Below are positions 1 to 12,778 of a DNA stretch of 64,000 nucleotides, in pieces. Source of the stretch: Octopus sinensis (lineage: Eukaryota); assembly GCF_006345805.1 (NCBI RefSeq), contig NC_042998.1, forward strand, positions 25,420,001 to 25,484,000, read 5' to 3'. Positions within the stretch are counted from its first letter, which is position 1; each line of letters opens with the position of its first letter. The notes under the pieces are model-generated. The model ran no database searches. It was not told where the DNA came from and worked only from the letters and a program-made list of their open reading frames with translations. A program made the translations under genes and the position numbers.

Positions 1-770
1 TATCATCATAAATAAAAGGTTACTATTCAAATAAAACTTGTTAACCCGGAATTATTTTTTATAGCAAGTGATTTCTTCTGTACACTGGCACAAATCTTTC
101 GATGTTTTATCTTTCTCCGTTCTCTTTTTTTCCTTTTCTTTTTACATTTTCTGTAGTCTTGTAACATCTCATCTTCATACACCACTCTTATTTTCACATA
201 CTTCATTTCATGTCTCCTTCATTTCTTATCCTTTCTCTTCCACATTTTCTTGCTTTGTTTCTCATTTTGTTTATTATTTATTCATTTTCTCTCTTTCATA
301 TATCTCATGTTTCAAATAGATATATTGTATTCAATAGCAAAATCCATATTTCATTGTCAGCAAAATGCTTTTACATTTATTCTTAGAAAAAGAAAACAGG
401 TTTATATAAGAGAAAGCAATATTTCTCCCTCAATATAGATAACAAAAGAAAACATAAAAATATTTATATTATGAATTTTCTTTCATAGAATATGCTTCTG
501 AATAAAAATCATTATTTGTAAACAATGTATCAGTTTTCTTTTGTATTCAACTATTGGACAAGAGGGTGGTAAATTTCAGTGTAAACATATATTTGTTACC
601 ATACTACTACATATATTGAATCCCTATTTATAGGTATATGTTATTAGAGCAACCTAGTCTAAACGACCTTGACCACGACCAGGTGAAGCATGAACCAGTG
701 GAGGAGTCTCAAAATAATCACTCAACCAACCAGACATAGAAACTAAATCTCTCTGCAATCTCTAACATCT

Positions 771-984
771 TTAAACTTTTCGTTACTGTATTTATTTTGA
801 GATGCTCTGTGTTTCTTTCAATTACTTTAAATATAACAAAGAATTTAGTAAAATAACTTAGTTATCATTAAGCTACTGTTAGGGACATAAATTGGGACTA
901 AGGTTTGGTAGAAGATTTTAATTCAAAACTTATTGTACACAGAACCAGGGCCAGTTTCAGCCGGGTTGGTGATGAAAGGATTAA
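771..984. mobile_element. Degenerate MITE, piggyBac-like (TTAA-flanked)
   Basis: TTAA at 771-774 and 981-984 flank imperfect terminal inverted repeats acttttcgttac / gtgatgaaagga (8/12 match). No ORF. Confidence 0.4.
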
Positions 985-1562
985 ACCTTTACCTGTCCAA
1001 TGTATCACATATGATACAAAGAACATGTTTTTCTGGCATTCCTGCATTCTGTTATGATACAGATTACCAATTTTTCTCAACCACAAGAGTAACTTGGAAC
1101 TGCTGAGAAGAAAGCTTTATATTATTACTTAGGACATATGAAACAAAAGCTGACTAAAAGTTTCAAAACAACCATGAACATTTAGGACATCATCATCATC
1201 ATCATCGTTTAACGTCCGTTTTCCATGCTAGCATGGGTTGGACGGTTCGACCAGGATTTGGGAAACCAGGAGGCTGCACCAGGCTCCGACAAACTTATGA
1301 AAATACTTAGGACAGGCAAAATGTTAAAAAAAAATGGACACTAGATAATTTAAATGATATGGTCTTAGCTATCAGATCGACAGAATATTCATAGACGAAA
1401 TAATTTTCATTACAGATTTTTTAATTCAAGGCTATCTCAAGGCTAAATAGCAATAACATGCAGTGAAACAATTTTTGTAGATGTAATTAAATATTCATTC
1501 ATCTTTTATATAAACAACAGTTGTGTAAAATACATCGAAGTTAAAGTTGTAAATAATTTGCT

Positions 1563-2490
1563 TAGGCACAGGAGTTGTTGCATGGTAAGAAGTTTGCTTC
1601 TTACCTACCACACAAGGTAAGGTGAGCAAGCTGAAGGTGGCGAGCTGGTAGAAATGTTAGTATTCCATGCGAAATTCTTAGCGATATTTCACCAGCCGTT
1701 ACACTCTGAGTTCAAATTCTGCCGAGGTCGACTTTGCCTTTCATCCTTTCGGGGTCGATAAATTTAAGTACCAATTTCTTTATTACCTACAAGGGGCTAA
1801 ACACAGAGGAGACAAACAAGGATAGACATAGGTATTAAGTCGATTACATCGACCCCAGTGCGTAACTGGTACTTAATTTATCAACCCCGAAAGGATGAAA
1901 GGCAAAGTCGACCTTGGCGGAATTTGAACTCACAATGTAACGCAGACGAAATACCGCTAAGCATTTCGCCCAGTGTGCTAACGTTTCTGCCAGCTCGCTA
2001 CCTTTGCGATAAATTTAAGTACCAGTTATGCACTGGTGTCGATGTAATCGACTTAATCCCTTTGTCTGTCCTTGTTTGTCCCCTCTATGTTTAGCCCCTT
2101 GTGGGCAATAAAGAAATAAGAAGCTTGCTTCCCAACTACATGGTCCTGGGTTCAGTCCCACTGTGTGACACCTTGGGCAAGTGTCTTTTACAATAGCCTT
2201 GGGCCAACCAAAGCCTTGTGAGTGGATTTGGTAGACAGAAACTGAAAGAAGCTTGTCGAATATATATATATATGTTTATGTATATGTATGTATTTGTGTA
2301 TCTGTGTGTGTCTCGCCACCATTGCTTGACAACCAGTGCTGGTGTGTTTACACCCCATAACTTAGCCATTCAGCAAAAGAGGCTGATAAAATAAGTACTA
2401 GGCTTACAAAGAATAAGTACTGGGGTCAATTTGTTTGACTAAAGCCGGTGCTCCAACATGGTCACAATCAAATGACTGAAACAAGTAGAT
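1563..2490 (+). mobile_element. tRNA-derived SINE family A (about 410 bp), interrupted by nested family B SINEs
   Basis: Head gcacaggag..tggtaagaag at 1563-1600 resumes at 2117 (ggttcagtccc B-box, ccttgggcaagt CORE-like motif, internal TA/TG tract, tail actgaaacaagta). Near-duplicate taagaag(t/c)ttgcttc at 1586-1600 and 2117-2131. Confidence 0.85.
1627..2117 (+). mobile_element. SINE family B (about 235 bp) carrying an antisense family B copy (1774-2000)
   Basis: Head ggcgagctggcagaa, B-box agttcaaattc, central gactttgcctttcatcctttcggggtcgataaa motif resembling the Meta/Sauria-SINE domain. An 18-bp direct repeat cgataaatttaagtacca (1756-1773, 2007-2024) flanks the inverted copy. Confidence 0.9.
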
Positions 2491-3117
2491 TCAGATGAAT
2501 ATGGTACTTAAGTTAAAGGCACCAGAATTTAGTATGGTATTATTTATACAATTTAAAATAAGGTGATTATAATCAATTGTTCAATTAAATGGAGTTGCAT
2601 GAAACGACCGCACTGCACTACCTCTGAGTATCCTTGTTGCTTATTTTGATACATATATATATATATATATATATACTCTTTTACTCTTTTAGTTTCCGCC
2701 TACCAAATCCATTCACAAGGCTTTGGTCAGCCCAAGGCTACAGTAGAAGTGCCCAAAGTGCCATGCAGTGGGGCTGAACCCAGAACCAAGTGGTTGGTAA
2801 GCAAGCTACTTACCACACAGCCACTCATGTGCCTTGGGCTTTTTTTTTTTGTTTCTTTTGAGAAAATCCATTCACAAGGTTTTGATCAGCTCGGGGTTAT
2901 AGTAGAGGACACTCAGCCAAAGCGCCATGGATAATTACTTTCTCAAAACAGTAAATTTGTAATCAATGAGGCAAGTAAATGTAATTCTTTGATGTAATCT
3001 AAATAGTATTTTTGTAATTATACAGTACTACAAGTGATTATATTCTCCAAAATCATAAAAAAATCACATTCATTGCAATAACATCATCGACTACAGAAAC
3101 AGCAAAAGCCACTGGAA

Positions 3118-3222
3118 TCGTCATCATCATCATCATCATCATCATTACCATAATCATCATAATCATCATCATCATCATCATTACCATCATCATCATCACC
3201 ATCACCATCATCATCATCACCG

Positions 3223-3255
<33 letters not shown>

Positions 3256-3279
3256 CCATCACCATCATCATCACCACCA

Positions 3280-3312
<33 letters not shown>

Positions 3313-3581
3313 TCATCATCATCATCATTGTCGTCGTCTTCATCATCATCATCATCAACACCATCATAATCATTACCATCATCATCATCACCATCATCAT
3401 TACCATCATCATCATAATCATCATCACCACCACCACCATCACCATCATCATCATCGTCGTCATCATCATCATCATCATCATCATCAACACCATCATCATT
3501 ACCACCACCACCACCATCATCATCATCGTCGTCATCATCATCATCATCATCATCATCAACACCATCATCATCATTACCACC

Positions 3582-3648
<67 letters not shown>

Positions 3649-3651
3649 TAC

Positions 3652-3684
<33 letters not shown>

Positions 3685-3960
3685 AATCTTCATCATTTTA
3701 CGTCCATTTTTCCATGCCAGTATGTGTCGGATGGTTTGACAGGAGCTGATAAAGTTGGGAACTGCACCAAGCTTGGTTTCTAAAGCTGGATGCCTTCCCA
3801 AATACCAACCGCTTTACAGGGTGTACTGAGTCCTTTTCATGTAGCACCATCACCAGTGCTTAATACATGGAAACAGCACCAGAGCTTTTCATGTGGTACC
3901 ATCACCAAGGCTTTTTACATGGCATCATTTCAAATGAGATCAGTAATTCAAAAAGTCGAT
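3118..3960 (-). mobile_element. Family D retroelement 3' end with a greatly expanded (GAT)n tail
   Basis: About 570 bp compound (CAT)n at 3118-3695, then tttacgtccatttttccatgccag...gctggatgccttcc, the same terminus seen in about 12 copies in this window. Confidence 0.75.
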
Positions 3961-4267
3961 AAGATAACAGTAAATTCAAACAACTGATGATGGCAGTGTG
4001 TCCTTCACTTATTAGAATGCGTGATTTGGGGGAGATTTGGTTGCTATTTCTAGCAGATATTATGGCCCCATAGAAGCTCCTCCCTGGTTCATTTTGACAA
4101 TGTCACATTCAATGTGAATGAATCATTGATGAATAATCTGTATAATAATTTTTATATCCTGTATAATGAAGAAAGCTGTATAAGGAGCAAATAATTTATT
4201 CATACATTTACAAAATATATTGCTTCTTTCGTTTTTCTTTAAACAGATAATACATTATTTACATTTG

Positions 4268-4300
<33 letters not shown>

Positions 4301-4303
<3 letters not shown>

Positions 4304-4555
4304 TAGTTTTATTTTTATAGCGTGCTTTCACTTCACTACCGAGCGCAGCTCTGTGTGCCTTGGGTATGTGCTGTGATTTGTTGTGATGCTCTGATGGTCA
4401 CTGTATGGAAAGTGTTCTGCGTAGGATGTGTGCAGTGCCTAGTAGTGCAATTTTCTGTATGTTATATGTGTTTGTAAGTCCTGGTGTTTTTGTTATGTAT
4501 TCGTCTGAATATTTTTTATCATGCCTAATGCACCTACTATGATAGGAATTGTTTC

Positions 4556-4556
<1 letters not shown>
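4301..4556 (-). mobile_element. R4/Dong-type RLE LINE, 5'-truncated 3' end (subfamily 1)
   Basis: Minus strand encodes ETIPIIVGALGMIKKYSDEYITKTPGLTNTYNIQKIALLGTAHILRRTLSIQ plus the 3' UTR. Nearly identical to 6765-7020 and flanked by (ATT)n on both sides. Confidence 0.9.
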
Positions 4557-4618
<62 letters not shown>

Positions 4619-4630
4619 TATTATTATTAC

Positions 4631-4662
<32 letters not shown>

Positions 4663-4800
4663 TGGTTACTGAATAATAATAATAATAAACTTGGGGTTAG
4701 TAGCCCATGCTCTTAACCTCTATGCCAGAGATGAGGAATTATTTACATTATTTATATTATTTACATTTGATGGATAGTTGTCCTCATCTTGTTTGTTGTT

Positions 4801-4846
4801 ACCACAACATTTCAGCTGATGTACTCTCCAGCCTTCATCAGGTGTC
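4801..4846 (-). ncRNA. Minimal type-I hammerhead ribozyme motif (degenerate)
   Basis: Minus strand reads GACAC-CTGATGA-A-GGCTG-GAGAGTACAT-CAGCT-GAAA-TGT-T-GTGGT: intact CUGAUGA and GAAA boxes, 5-bp stem II, partial stem I. Confidence 0.65.
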
Positions 4847-4942
4847 CTGGAAGGATTTCGAAACTGAGTTCTCATTCCGATGTTGTTGTTATCATCATCA
4901 TCACCATCATCATCATCATCCTCATCATCATTATTATTATTA

Positions 4943-5004
<62 letters not shown>

Positions 5005-5050
5005 GTTATTATTATTATTATTATTATCATCATTATCATTATTATTATTA

Positions 5051-5097
<47 letters not shown>

Positions 5098-5146
5098 TTC
5101 ATTATTATTATCATTATTATTATTATTATTATTATCATTATTATCA

Positions 5147-5177
<31 letters not shown>

Positions 5178-6624
5178 CATGTTTTTTCCTTCCTTCTTCA
5201 AATTTTCTTCTGTTTCTCCCCGAGTGTTTTCCATACACCTAGGGCAGAGAAAGGCATTGTATGCATTCCCAGATTACACGCGCAAATTCACAGATAAAAT
5301 ATGTATTTAAAAATTAATAAATAAATAAATTCATGGATGGATGTTATTTTCACAGTGATAATGCTCTTCTCAGTACATGAGCCGTTCCAGTTGATATGAT
5401 TTTTTGCACTTCCTGTGGGGATGGTAAGCCGGGAATCATTTTCAAATAGGTTTCAGTACCTTTTTTTTTATCATTCCTAGAGATCCTACAATCACTGGTA
5501 CTGTAGTCGCCTTGAGATGCCATATTTTTTCAATTTCCATTAGCAGGTCTTTATATTTATTAATCTTGTCAAATTCTTTCGCCGCTATATTGTGATCACA
5601 GGGAATACTCATGTCAATTAATAAACACATCCTTTTTGTCTGATCTTTTATAATAATATCCGGTTTATTGGCTTTTATAGTCCTGTCAGTCTGCACGGAG
5701 AAGTCCCAGAGAATCGACACATTTTCTCCCTCAGTCACAGCTTCAGGATGATGTTTATACTATTTGCCAGCGGTTTTGATTTTATAATGCCGACATATTG
5801 TCCAGTGTAAATACTGGCCGACTCTGTCATGTCTTGCTTTATATTCTGCAGGTGCTAAGACTCTACACCCTGATATTATTTGGTCTATTGTTTCAATCTC
5901 ATCGTTACAGAATCGGCATTTTGGGTCAGCTCCATTTTTCATCACATTGGCTTGGTAGTTCCAGGTAAATAAGCTTTGGTCTTGAGCAGCTAATATGAAA
6001 CCTTCACTCTCTGCTTTTAGCCCTGAACTTCGTAACCATTGGTGCATGTGTTTCTGGTCGACATCAGCTTGTTTGCTACGGGCCACATACTTGCCATGGA
6101 GAGGTTTCTGTTCCCATCTGCTAGCTAAATTTTCATGTGCTTTTGTCTTTGCAATTAATTTTATTTTCTTTGCAGCTGCAGTTGGCGCATTTCCTTCAGC
6201 CTGCTCAATCTGGTGGGTATCTAAGAGATCTGCAGCGAATTTTTTGCTCTCTTTGAGAATAGTGTGAAGTTTTTTAGGTCTTTCATGTTTTTTCAACAAG
6301 TTTTAGCATCCACTCATTGGTTGCTTCAAGGTATTTGGCCAGTCCGATTGTGGTGGTTTTGTACGTAAGTTCAAGCTGGATCAAACCTCTACCTCCCTGA
6401 GCTCTGGGAAGGTAAAGGCGATCCACGTCTGCCTTTGGATGGTGCATCTTATTACAAGTCAGTAGCTTGCAGATTTTCCTGTCAATTTTCATTATTTCAC
6501 TAGTGTTCCAGTTAAGCACATTGAAGCTATATAGAACAACTGGTACTGCTAAGGAATTTATGGCTAAAACTTTATTATATGCATTCAGCTCAGACTTCAG
6601 GACTGCTCGAACTCTTCTATAACA
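5178..6624 (-). mobile_element. R4/Dong-type RLE LINE, 5'-truncated and frameshifted (subfamily 2)
   Basis: RT thumb (HPKADVDRLYLPRAQGGRGL), W..KPLHGKY, zinc knuckle CRFC-x8-Q(H)-x4-C, RLE motifs WDF..TDRTIKANKPDIII and IDMSIP..KINKYKDL, C-terminal TGTAHVLRRALSL stop at 5350. (TAA)n on both flanks. Confidence 0.92.
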
Positions 6625-6657
6625 TTATTATTATTATTATTATCATTATTATTATTT

Positions 6658-6722
<65 letters not shown>

Positions 6723-6723
6723 T

Positions 6724-6764
<41 letters not shown>

Positions 6765-6767
<3 letters not shown>

Positions 6768-7308
6768 TAGTTTTATTTTTATAGCGTGCTTTCACTTCAC
6801 TACCGAGCGCAGCTCTGTGTGCCTTGGGTATGTGCTGTGATTTGTTGTGATGCTCTGATGGTTATTGTATGGAAAGTGTTCTGCGTAGGATGTGTGCAGT
6901 GCCTAGTAGTGCAATTTTCTGTATGTTATATGTGTTTGTAAGTCCTGGTGTTTTTGTTATGTATTTGTCTGAATATTTTTTTATCATGCCTAATGCACCT
7001 ACTATGATAGGAATTGTTTCTGTTTTCAGATTCCACATTCTAGTTACCTCTATTTCCAGGTCTTTGTATTTTGAGAGTTTCTCCATTTCTTTTAGAGACA
7101 CGTTGTCATCTGCCGGTATTGATACATCAATTAGAAAGCATTTTTTTTCTTCATGATCTCTGACAACTATATCTGGTCTGTTGGCTTTAATTTCTCTATC
7201 TGTGTGTATCGGCATATCCCAGAGTATGGTTGCTTTCTCGTTTTCTGTGACCTTTTCTGGTGTGTGCCTATACCATCTTTTTTCTGTTGTTATTCCATTG
7301 TTATTCCA
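6765..7308 (-). mobile_element. R4/Dong-type RLE LINE, 5'-truncated (subfamily 1), RLE domain in one open frame
   Basis: ORF 6862-7215 reads PIHTDREIKANRPDIVVRD..LIDVSIP..EKLSKYKDL..LGTAHILRRTL, the PD-(D/E)xK restriction-like endonuclease. (TAA)n on both flanks. Confidence 0.93.
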
Positions 7309-7330
7309 TATTATTATTATTATTATTATA

Positions 7331-7433
<103 letters not shown>

Positions 7434-7458
7434 CATCATCATCATCATTATTATTATT

Positions 7459-7572
7459 CAGGTCACTACCTGAATTGAATTCAGAATCTTGGGTTTAGTA
7501 GCCTGCCCTCTTAACCACTATGCCATGGTTATGAGCTACTAACCCCAAGATTCCAAGTTCGTTTCCTGGTAG
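7459..7572 (-). mobile_element. tRNA-like SINE head (family G) with an adjacent inverted partial copy
   Basis: Minus 7525-7459 reads tggcatagtggttaag (A-box TRGCNNAGYGG), anticodon-like loop ctactaa, degenerate B-box, then (AAT)n. 7526-7572 is the same head on the plus strand (gctactaaccccaagattccaagttcgtttcc). Confidence 0.7.
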
Positions 7573-7589
7573 AACATATATATATATAT

Positions 7590-8003
7590 GTGCAGGAGTG
7601 GCTGTATGGTAAGTAGCTTGCTTACCAACCACATGGTTCTGGGTTCAGTCCCCCTGCATGGTACCTAAGGCAAGTGTCTTCTGCTATAGCCATGAGTGAA
7701 CCAAAGCCTTGTGAGTGGATTTGGTAGATGGAAACTGAAAGAAGCCCATCATATATATGTATACATCTGTGTGTGTGTGTGTGTGTTTGTATGTTTGTGT
7801 CTCTGTTTGTACCCCCAATATCACTTGACAATCATTGTTGGTGTGTTTACATCCCCATAACTTAGTGGCTCAGCAAAAGAGACCAATAGAATAAATACTA
7901 GACTTACAAAGAATAAGTCCTGGGGTCGATGTGCTCGACTAAAGGCGGTGCTCCAGCATGGCCACAGTCAAATGACTGAAACAAGTAAAAGAGTAGAGAG
8001 TAA
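7590..8003 (+). mobile_element. SINE family A, full length
   Basis: gcaggagtggctgtatggtaag head through actgaaacaagtaaaagag tail. Further copies or fragments at about 2676-2833(-), 15985-16408(-), 18231-18755(+), 22126-22520(+), 22840-23262(+), 23482-23680(-), 24116-24528(+), 27058-27365(-), 27600-28016(-), 31480-31720(+), 32983-33390(+), 39630-40075(-), 42294-42868(-), 62550-62967(-). Possibly the published octopus OK SINE (unverified). Confidence 0.92.
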
Positions 8004-8589
8004 AGAAAGCCTATAGTTCTGCGCCGGCAGAAGGTAATGGTGAACTTCTGCTGACTCTTTCGCCACAACTATCTCTCACTCTTTCCTCCTGCATCTTGCA
8101 GCTCACCTGCGATGGACCGGCGTCCCGTCCAGGTGGGGAACCTATATGCCACGGAAACCAGGAAATCGGCCCTTATGTGCCAGGCGTGGCTTGAGAAGGA
8201 ACAAACAAATTTTAAATTATCATGACAAACAAAAGAAAGAAAAACTCAACAGACGTATGAGAAGATAGAATCGGAAAATACGGTAAGAGAATGATGTGTA
8301 AACAACTATTTCCTGATAGACAATGTTGGATGGAAATAGGTAATAATTGTGGTTTATTTGTATTTTAGTGTTTTTTTTATGTTGACAATTATCCCTTGAG
8401 AAACGACATATGACCTGTATTCAATCTTGAAAACCCACTGATCGGATATTAATTTTCTTGAAGTTAAATATTTCTCCATATAAAATTGTCTCTTATCTAA
8501 TGTCACACGGTGTTGTTTTCAATTCTCCATGACCTTTAACAAATCTTCTAAATCACAAATTGCTTTGAAAATTGCTAGACTTCCATAAG

Positions 8590-9055
8590 TGATTGAATAC
8601 ATACACAACACAGGTACACGCACTTAGACACACACACACGTACACACATGTACACACACTTACACACACACATACACACACATACACACCCACACACAGA
8701 TAAATATACACACATACACACACATTCACACACTCACACACACACACTAACTCACACACACATGTGCATACACACGCACACATTCATACATACACACACT
8801 AACTCACACACACACTCACACACATTCACACACACACATACTAACTCACACACACATGCTTACACACACACTCATACACACACACAAACACACACACACA
8901 CTAACTCACACACACATGTGCACACACATGCATACACACACACTCACAAACACACACACACACACACACTCACATTCACATACACACACACATGCTTACA
9001 CACACACTCATATACACACACACACACACACACACACGCATGCACACAATATCCC
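8590..9055. repeat. Compound (CA)n microsatellite with recurring actaactcacacacac subunits
   Basis: Direct reading. It generates the HT-rich spurious ORFs. Confidence 0.9.
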
Positions 9056-10574
9056 TTCACATCACTCTTTTCTTTTGTACGAGATATCACATCTTGTATA
9101 ATTCATTGCAGCTTGACTTTGATTTCTGCCATCAGGGATGGAAATTTGCTGACTTTCACTTTGATATACCAATTTTCCACAGAAGCCCGATTTCGTTTTC
9201 ATCTCTCTCCATCTACCCCCCCCCCACTCTCTCTTTCTCTTTAGCTGTCTATGGAAATTGTGATTTAATATATAACCATTCCTTACAGCACTAAATCCTC
9301 TTATGATATTCAATGCAAGCTATTTCTAATTTCTTCAGCTATTCTGGGATGGTTTGTTGGTAACTTGAGAGGTTCATTTTCCTTACTGCACAATATACAG
9401 CAAAATTGATTTAAAAAAAAAAAAAATAATCATTATCTTCATTGGGGCCTAAATCAATTATTCTATGTACAGACATGATTCCATTGGTAAAGCAATCAAG
9501 AAGGACTGTAAAGCTGATATAATAGTATATTTGATACACGGCAATCAATTTTCATAAAAGGGTTATCTGAGCCATTTAAACAAAAAACAACATATCTTCA
9601 CATTATTATCACCACTAACTACCTCTATTGCCACAAATGCCTTCTCTTTTATCATAATCAAAGCTTTTACATCTATTTTCATCATTTGCTGTGGTTAACG
9701 TTGATAATTATCGTCTCTGTTTTGTTCGATCCTTGGTTGCTCTTGTCTTTCAGTTCTATGATGGTCACTGAAGTCAATTTTAGATGCGTTGTTCCAAGTT
9801 TATCTTCATTAACGGTCATCCAGCGGTCGATCTGGGTTATTGGTTCATCTATTCCTCATTGCTTTGCTCCACATGGTAGCTCGATTCATAAAGGATAGCA
9901 ACCAAATCTCCCTCAGCACTGTCTGATACAAAAATAAAAGAAAAGAAAAAGAACATTTGGATAATGCAGCCCTAGATGCGCTAATCATCACCATCATTAT
10001 CATCATCAATATCATCATCATCATCATCATCACCATCATCATCTTCATAGTTGTCGTCGTTGTCGTCATCGTCATTGTCATCATCACCATCACCTTTTAA
10101 CGTCCACTTTCCATACTGGCATGGGTTGGGCCGTTTGACAGGAACTGGCAAGCCAGATAGTCGCACCAGGGCTCCAATTGTCTGATTTGGCATAGGATCT
10201 ACAGCTGGATGCCTTTCCTAATTCCAACTACCTTACAGAGTGTACTGGGTGTTTTTTTTTCTACATGGCACCAGCACCAAGCTTGGTTGCATACTAGGGT
10301 TGATCTAATCGACAGGCACCCCTCCCAAAATATTTTGGGCCTTGTGCCTAGAGTAAAGAAAAGAAATATTTTCCCATTCTATCTTCCTTTCATACATCTG
10401 TTGAATTTTTATTTTTATTTTGTTTCTGATGATAATTTTTAATTACTGCCTACTTTAATTTATTTTTATTCTCTTAATTTTCAAGCAGCCAGCAGGGGTG
10501 GGCCTAAAATGAGATGGTCAGATAATATCTATAGTCTCAGTTGATTACACTTGGGAATCCAACCAGAAAGAGAA

Positions 10575-10808
10575 GGTGGCAAGCTGGCAGAATCGTTAGC
10601 ATGCTGGGCGAAATGCTTAGCGGTATTTTGTCTGCCGCTATATTCTGAGTTCAAATTCCACCGAGGTTGACTTTGCCTTTCATCCTTTCGGGTTCGATTA
10701 AATAAGTACCAGTTACGCACTGGGGTCGATATAATCGACTTAATCCATGTGTCTGTCCTTGTTGTCCCCTCTGTGTGCAACCCCTTGTGGGCAGTAAAGA
10801 AATAAGAA
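10575..10808 (+). mobile_element. SINE family B, full length
   Basis: Same head, body and tail as 1627. Other copies at about 13965-14200(-), 14375-14596(-), 17638-17872(-), 21096-21320(+), 37745-37970(-), 63455-63678(+). Confidence 0.92.
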
Positions 10809-11554
10809 AGAGTAGTGATGGTTGCTTCTGATAGAACCCTGCGAAGGAGGTACCTGAAGACACTACTCCCATGACCCTCTCGGTAATAATGGGTAAGGAC
10901 AAGATGGATGTGCATACCTTTTCTGTAGTGTTCTCATGAGAAGATCTGCCAATGTTCATCTGCAGACAGAAAAAAAAATCAAAATTTCATCTGTCATCAG
11001 AAAGATATTTAAAATATCATTTCATTCGTGAAATGAATGAAAAAAAAAAAATCTGTTTGTTTATATTTTTAAGAATTGGTTCTTCTAATTTGAATATTCT
11101 GTTCTCTGTCTGTCCATCTCTGTGTCTCTCTTTTCTCTTTGCTTCTCTCACATACACTCAAACATACACACATGAGCAATTATAACTACATAAAGACTTA
11201 ATCTAAATTGACCAGGCATGGTACAGCATAACAATAGATATATTTACCATTGTCTCTCATATCAAAGACGAAAAACTGGCAAGGGAACAATCTGTCCAAA
11301 GAAACTGAGCGGGTCATCAAGTGCATTGCTTTAATAATCTTCAAGTATGTGATCTGGTGGTGATGATAGATTCAATGGCAAAAAATATGTCCTTTCCTTT
11401 GACCAACAACAAAGCTAGATTTTATTGCAGAGAAAATGTACAAGGTGATCGAATACATTCACTACGTTAATAATATTTCTTTAATTTATTCTAGAAACAT
11501 GAAAGGCAAATTTGATGCTTCACTGACCTGAACTTTGAACTGTAAAGCATTGAA

Positions 11555-11717
11555 CTACATACACATATTCTTATACATACATACATACACAATTATATAT
11601 ATATGTATATATGTATATACATACATATGTATGTATGTGCATGTGCATATAGATATAGATATATGTATATATGTATATATATATGTATATATATATGTAT
11701 ATATGTATATATATATA

Positions 11718-11783
<66 letters not shown>

Positions 11784-11784
11784 G

Positions 11785-11846
<62 letters not shown>

Positions 11847-11890
11847 CATGTATATGTATGTATATATATATATATATATATATATAGTAT
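11555..11890. repeat. (TA)n-rich compound microsatellite
   Basis: Direct reading. Similar tracts at 25440-25790, 29690-29915 (ATGT/GCAT), 32590-32770 and 43820-44210. Confidence 0.95.
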
Positions 11891-12278
11891 ACTATAGTAT
11901 TCTACTGGTTTTAGTGTACCAAGTTGATGGCTGCACCTAAAATAATGCTCTAATTTTGTCTTATAATATTGATTTCTTTGGACTAGGTGTAAGGTCAATT
12001 TTTGAAGGAGGAGGATACAGACAAATGATTTCACTGTAGCATATTACTTATAACTTGAGCCAGCACACGACTGGCTAGAAATAGCAGCTAAGACCCCCAA
12101 GCCCAATTTCAAATCACACTCCCATCTTAAAAAGCAATTATACATTAGATCAAACATGTGCTTTGAGATACATGCCACCCAAAGAAAAAGTATGTGATAA
12201 ATTCAGTAACAATACTTTTGATCAAGTAGATACTTGATCAAGGCTAATAATTGTCTTAAACAATGGACCAAAAATAAT

Positions 12279-12778
12279 GGATGTGCGTGGCTTAGTGGTT
12301 AGGGTGTCAGCATCATGATCGTAAGATTGTGGTTTCGATTCCTGGACCGGGCGACGTGTTGTGCTCGTGAGCAAAACACTTCATTTCACGTTGCTCTAGT
12401 CCACTCAGCTGGCAAAAATGAGTAATGCTGCGATGGACTGGTGTGCCATCCAGCTGGGGAACACATATGCCATTGAAACTGGGAAACCGGGCCCATGAGC
12501 CTGGCTAGGCTTTAAAAGGGTGCATTTATTTGTGGAGGCGCATGGCTTAGTGGTTAGGGTGTCAGCATCATGATCGTAAGATTGTGGTTTCAATTCCTGG
12601 ACTGGGCAATGCGTTGTGTTCTTGAGCAAAACACTTCATTTTACATTGCTCCAGTCCACTCAGCTGGCAAAAATGAGTAACGCTGCAATGGACTGGCGTC
12701 CCATCCAGCTGGGGAACACATACACCATTGAAACCAGGAAACCAGGCCCATGAGCCAGACTAGGCTTTAAAAGGGTAT
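12279..12778 (+). mobile_element. Head-to-tail dimer of a tRNA-derived SINE (about 255-bp unit) with CORE-like and V-like motifs
   Basis: Two units starting at 12279 and 12534. A-box tggcttagtgg, B-box ggtttcgattcc, CAT in the anticodon-like loop, cttgagcaaaacacttc (CORE-like), ctgcgatggactgg..ccatccag (V-SINE-like). Confidence 0.8.

Noticed and set aside
3053-3801. Long poly-Met/Val ORFs
   Set aside because: Translations of the (GAT)n tail. The same applies to all poly-I/Y/L/N, HT, YI and CV ORFs in the track.
12279-12350. tRNA-Met-like gene (and other tRNA-like heads)
   Set aside because: No proper acceptor stem, and the sequence continues directly into a SINE body. These are SINE heads, not tRNA genes.
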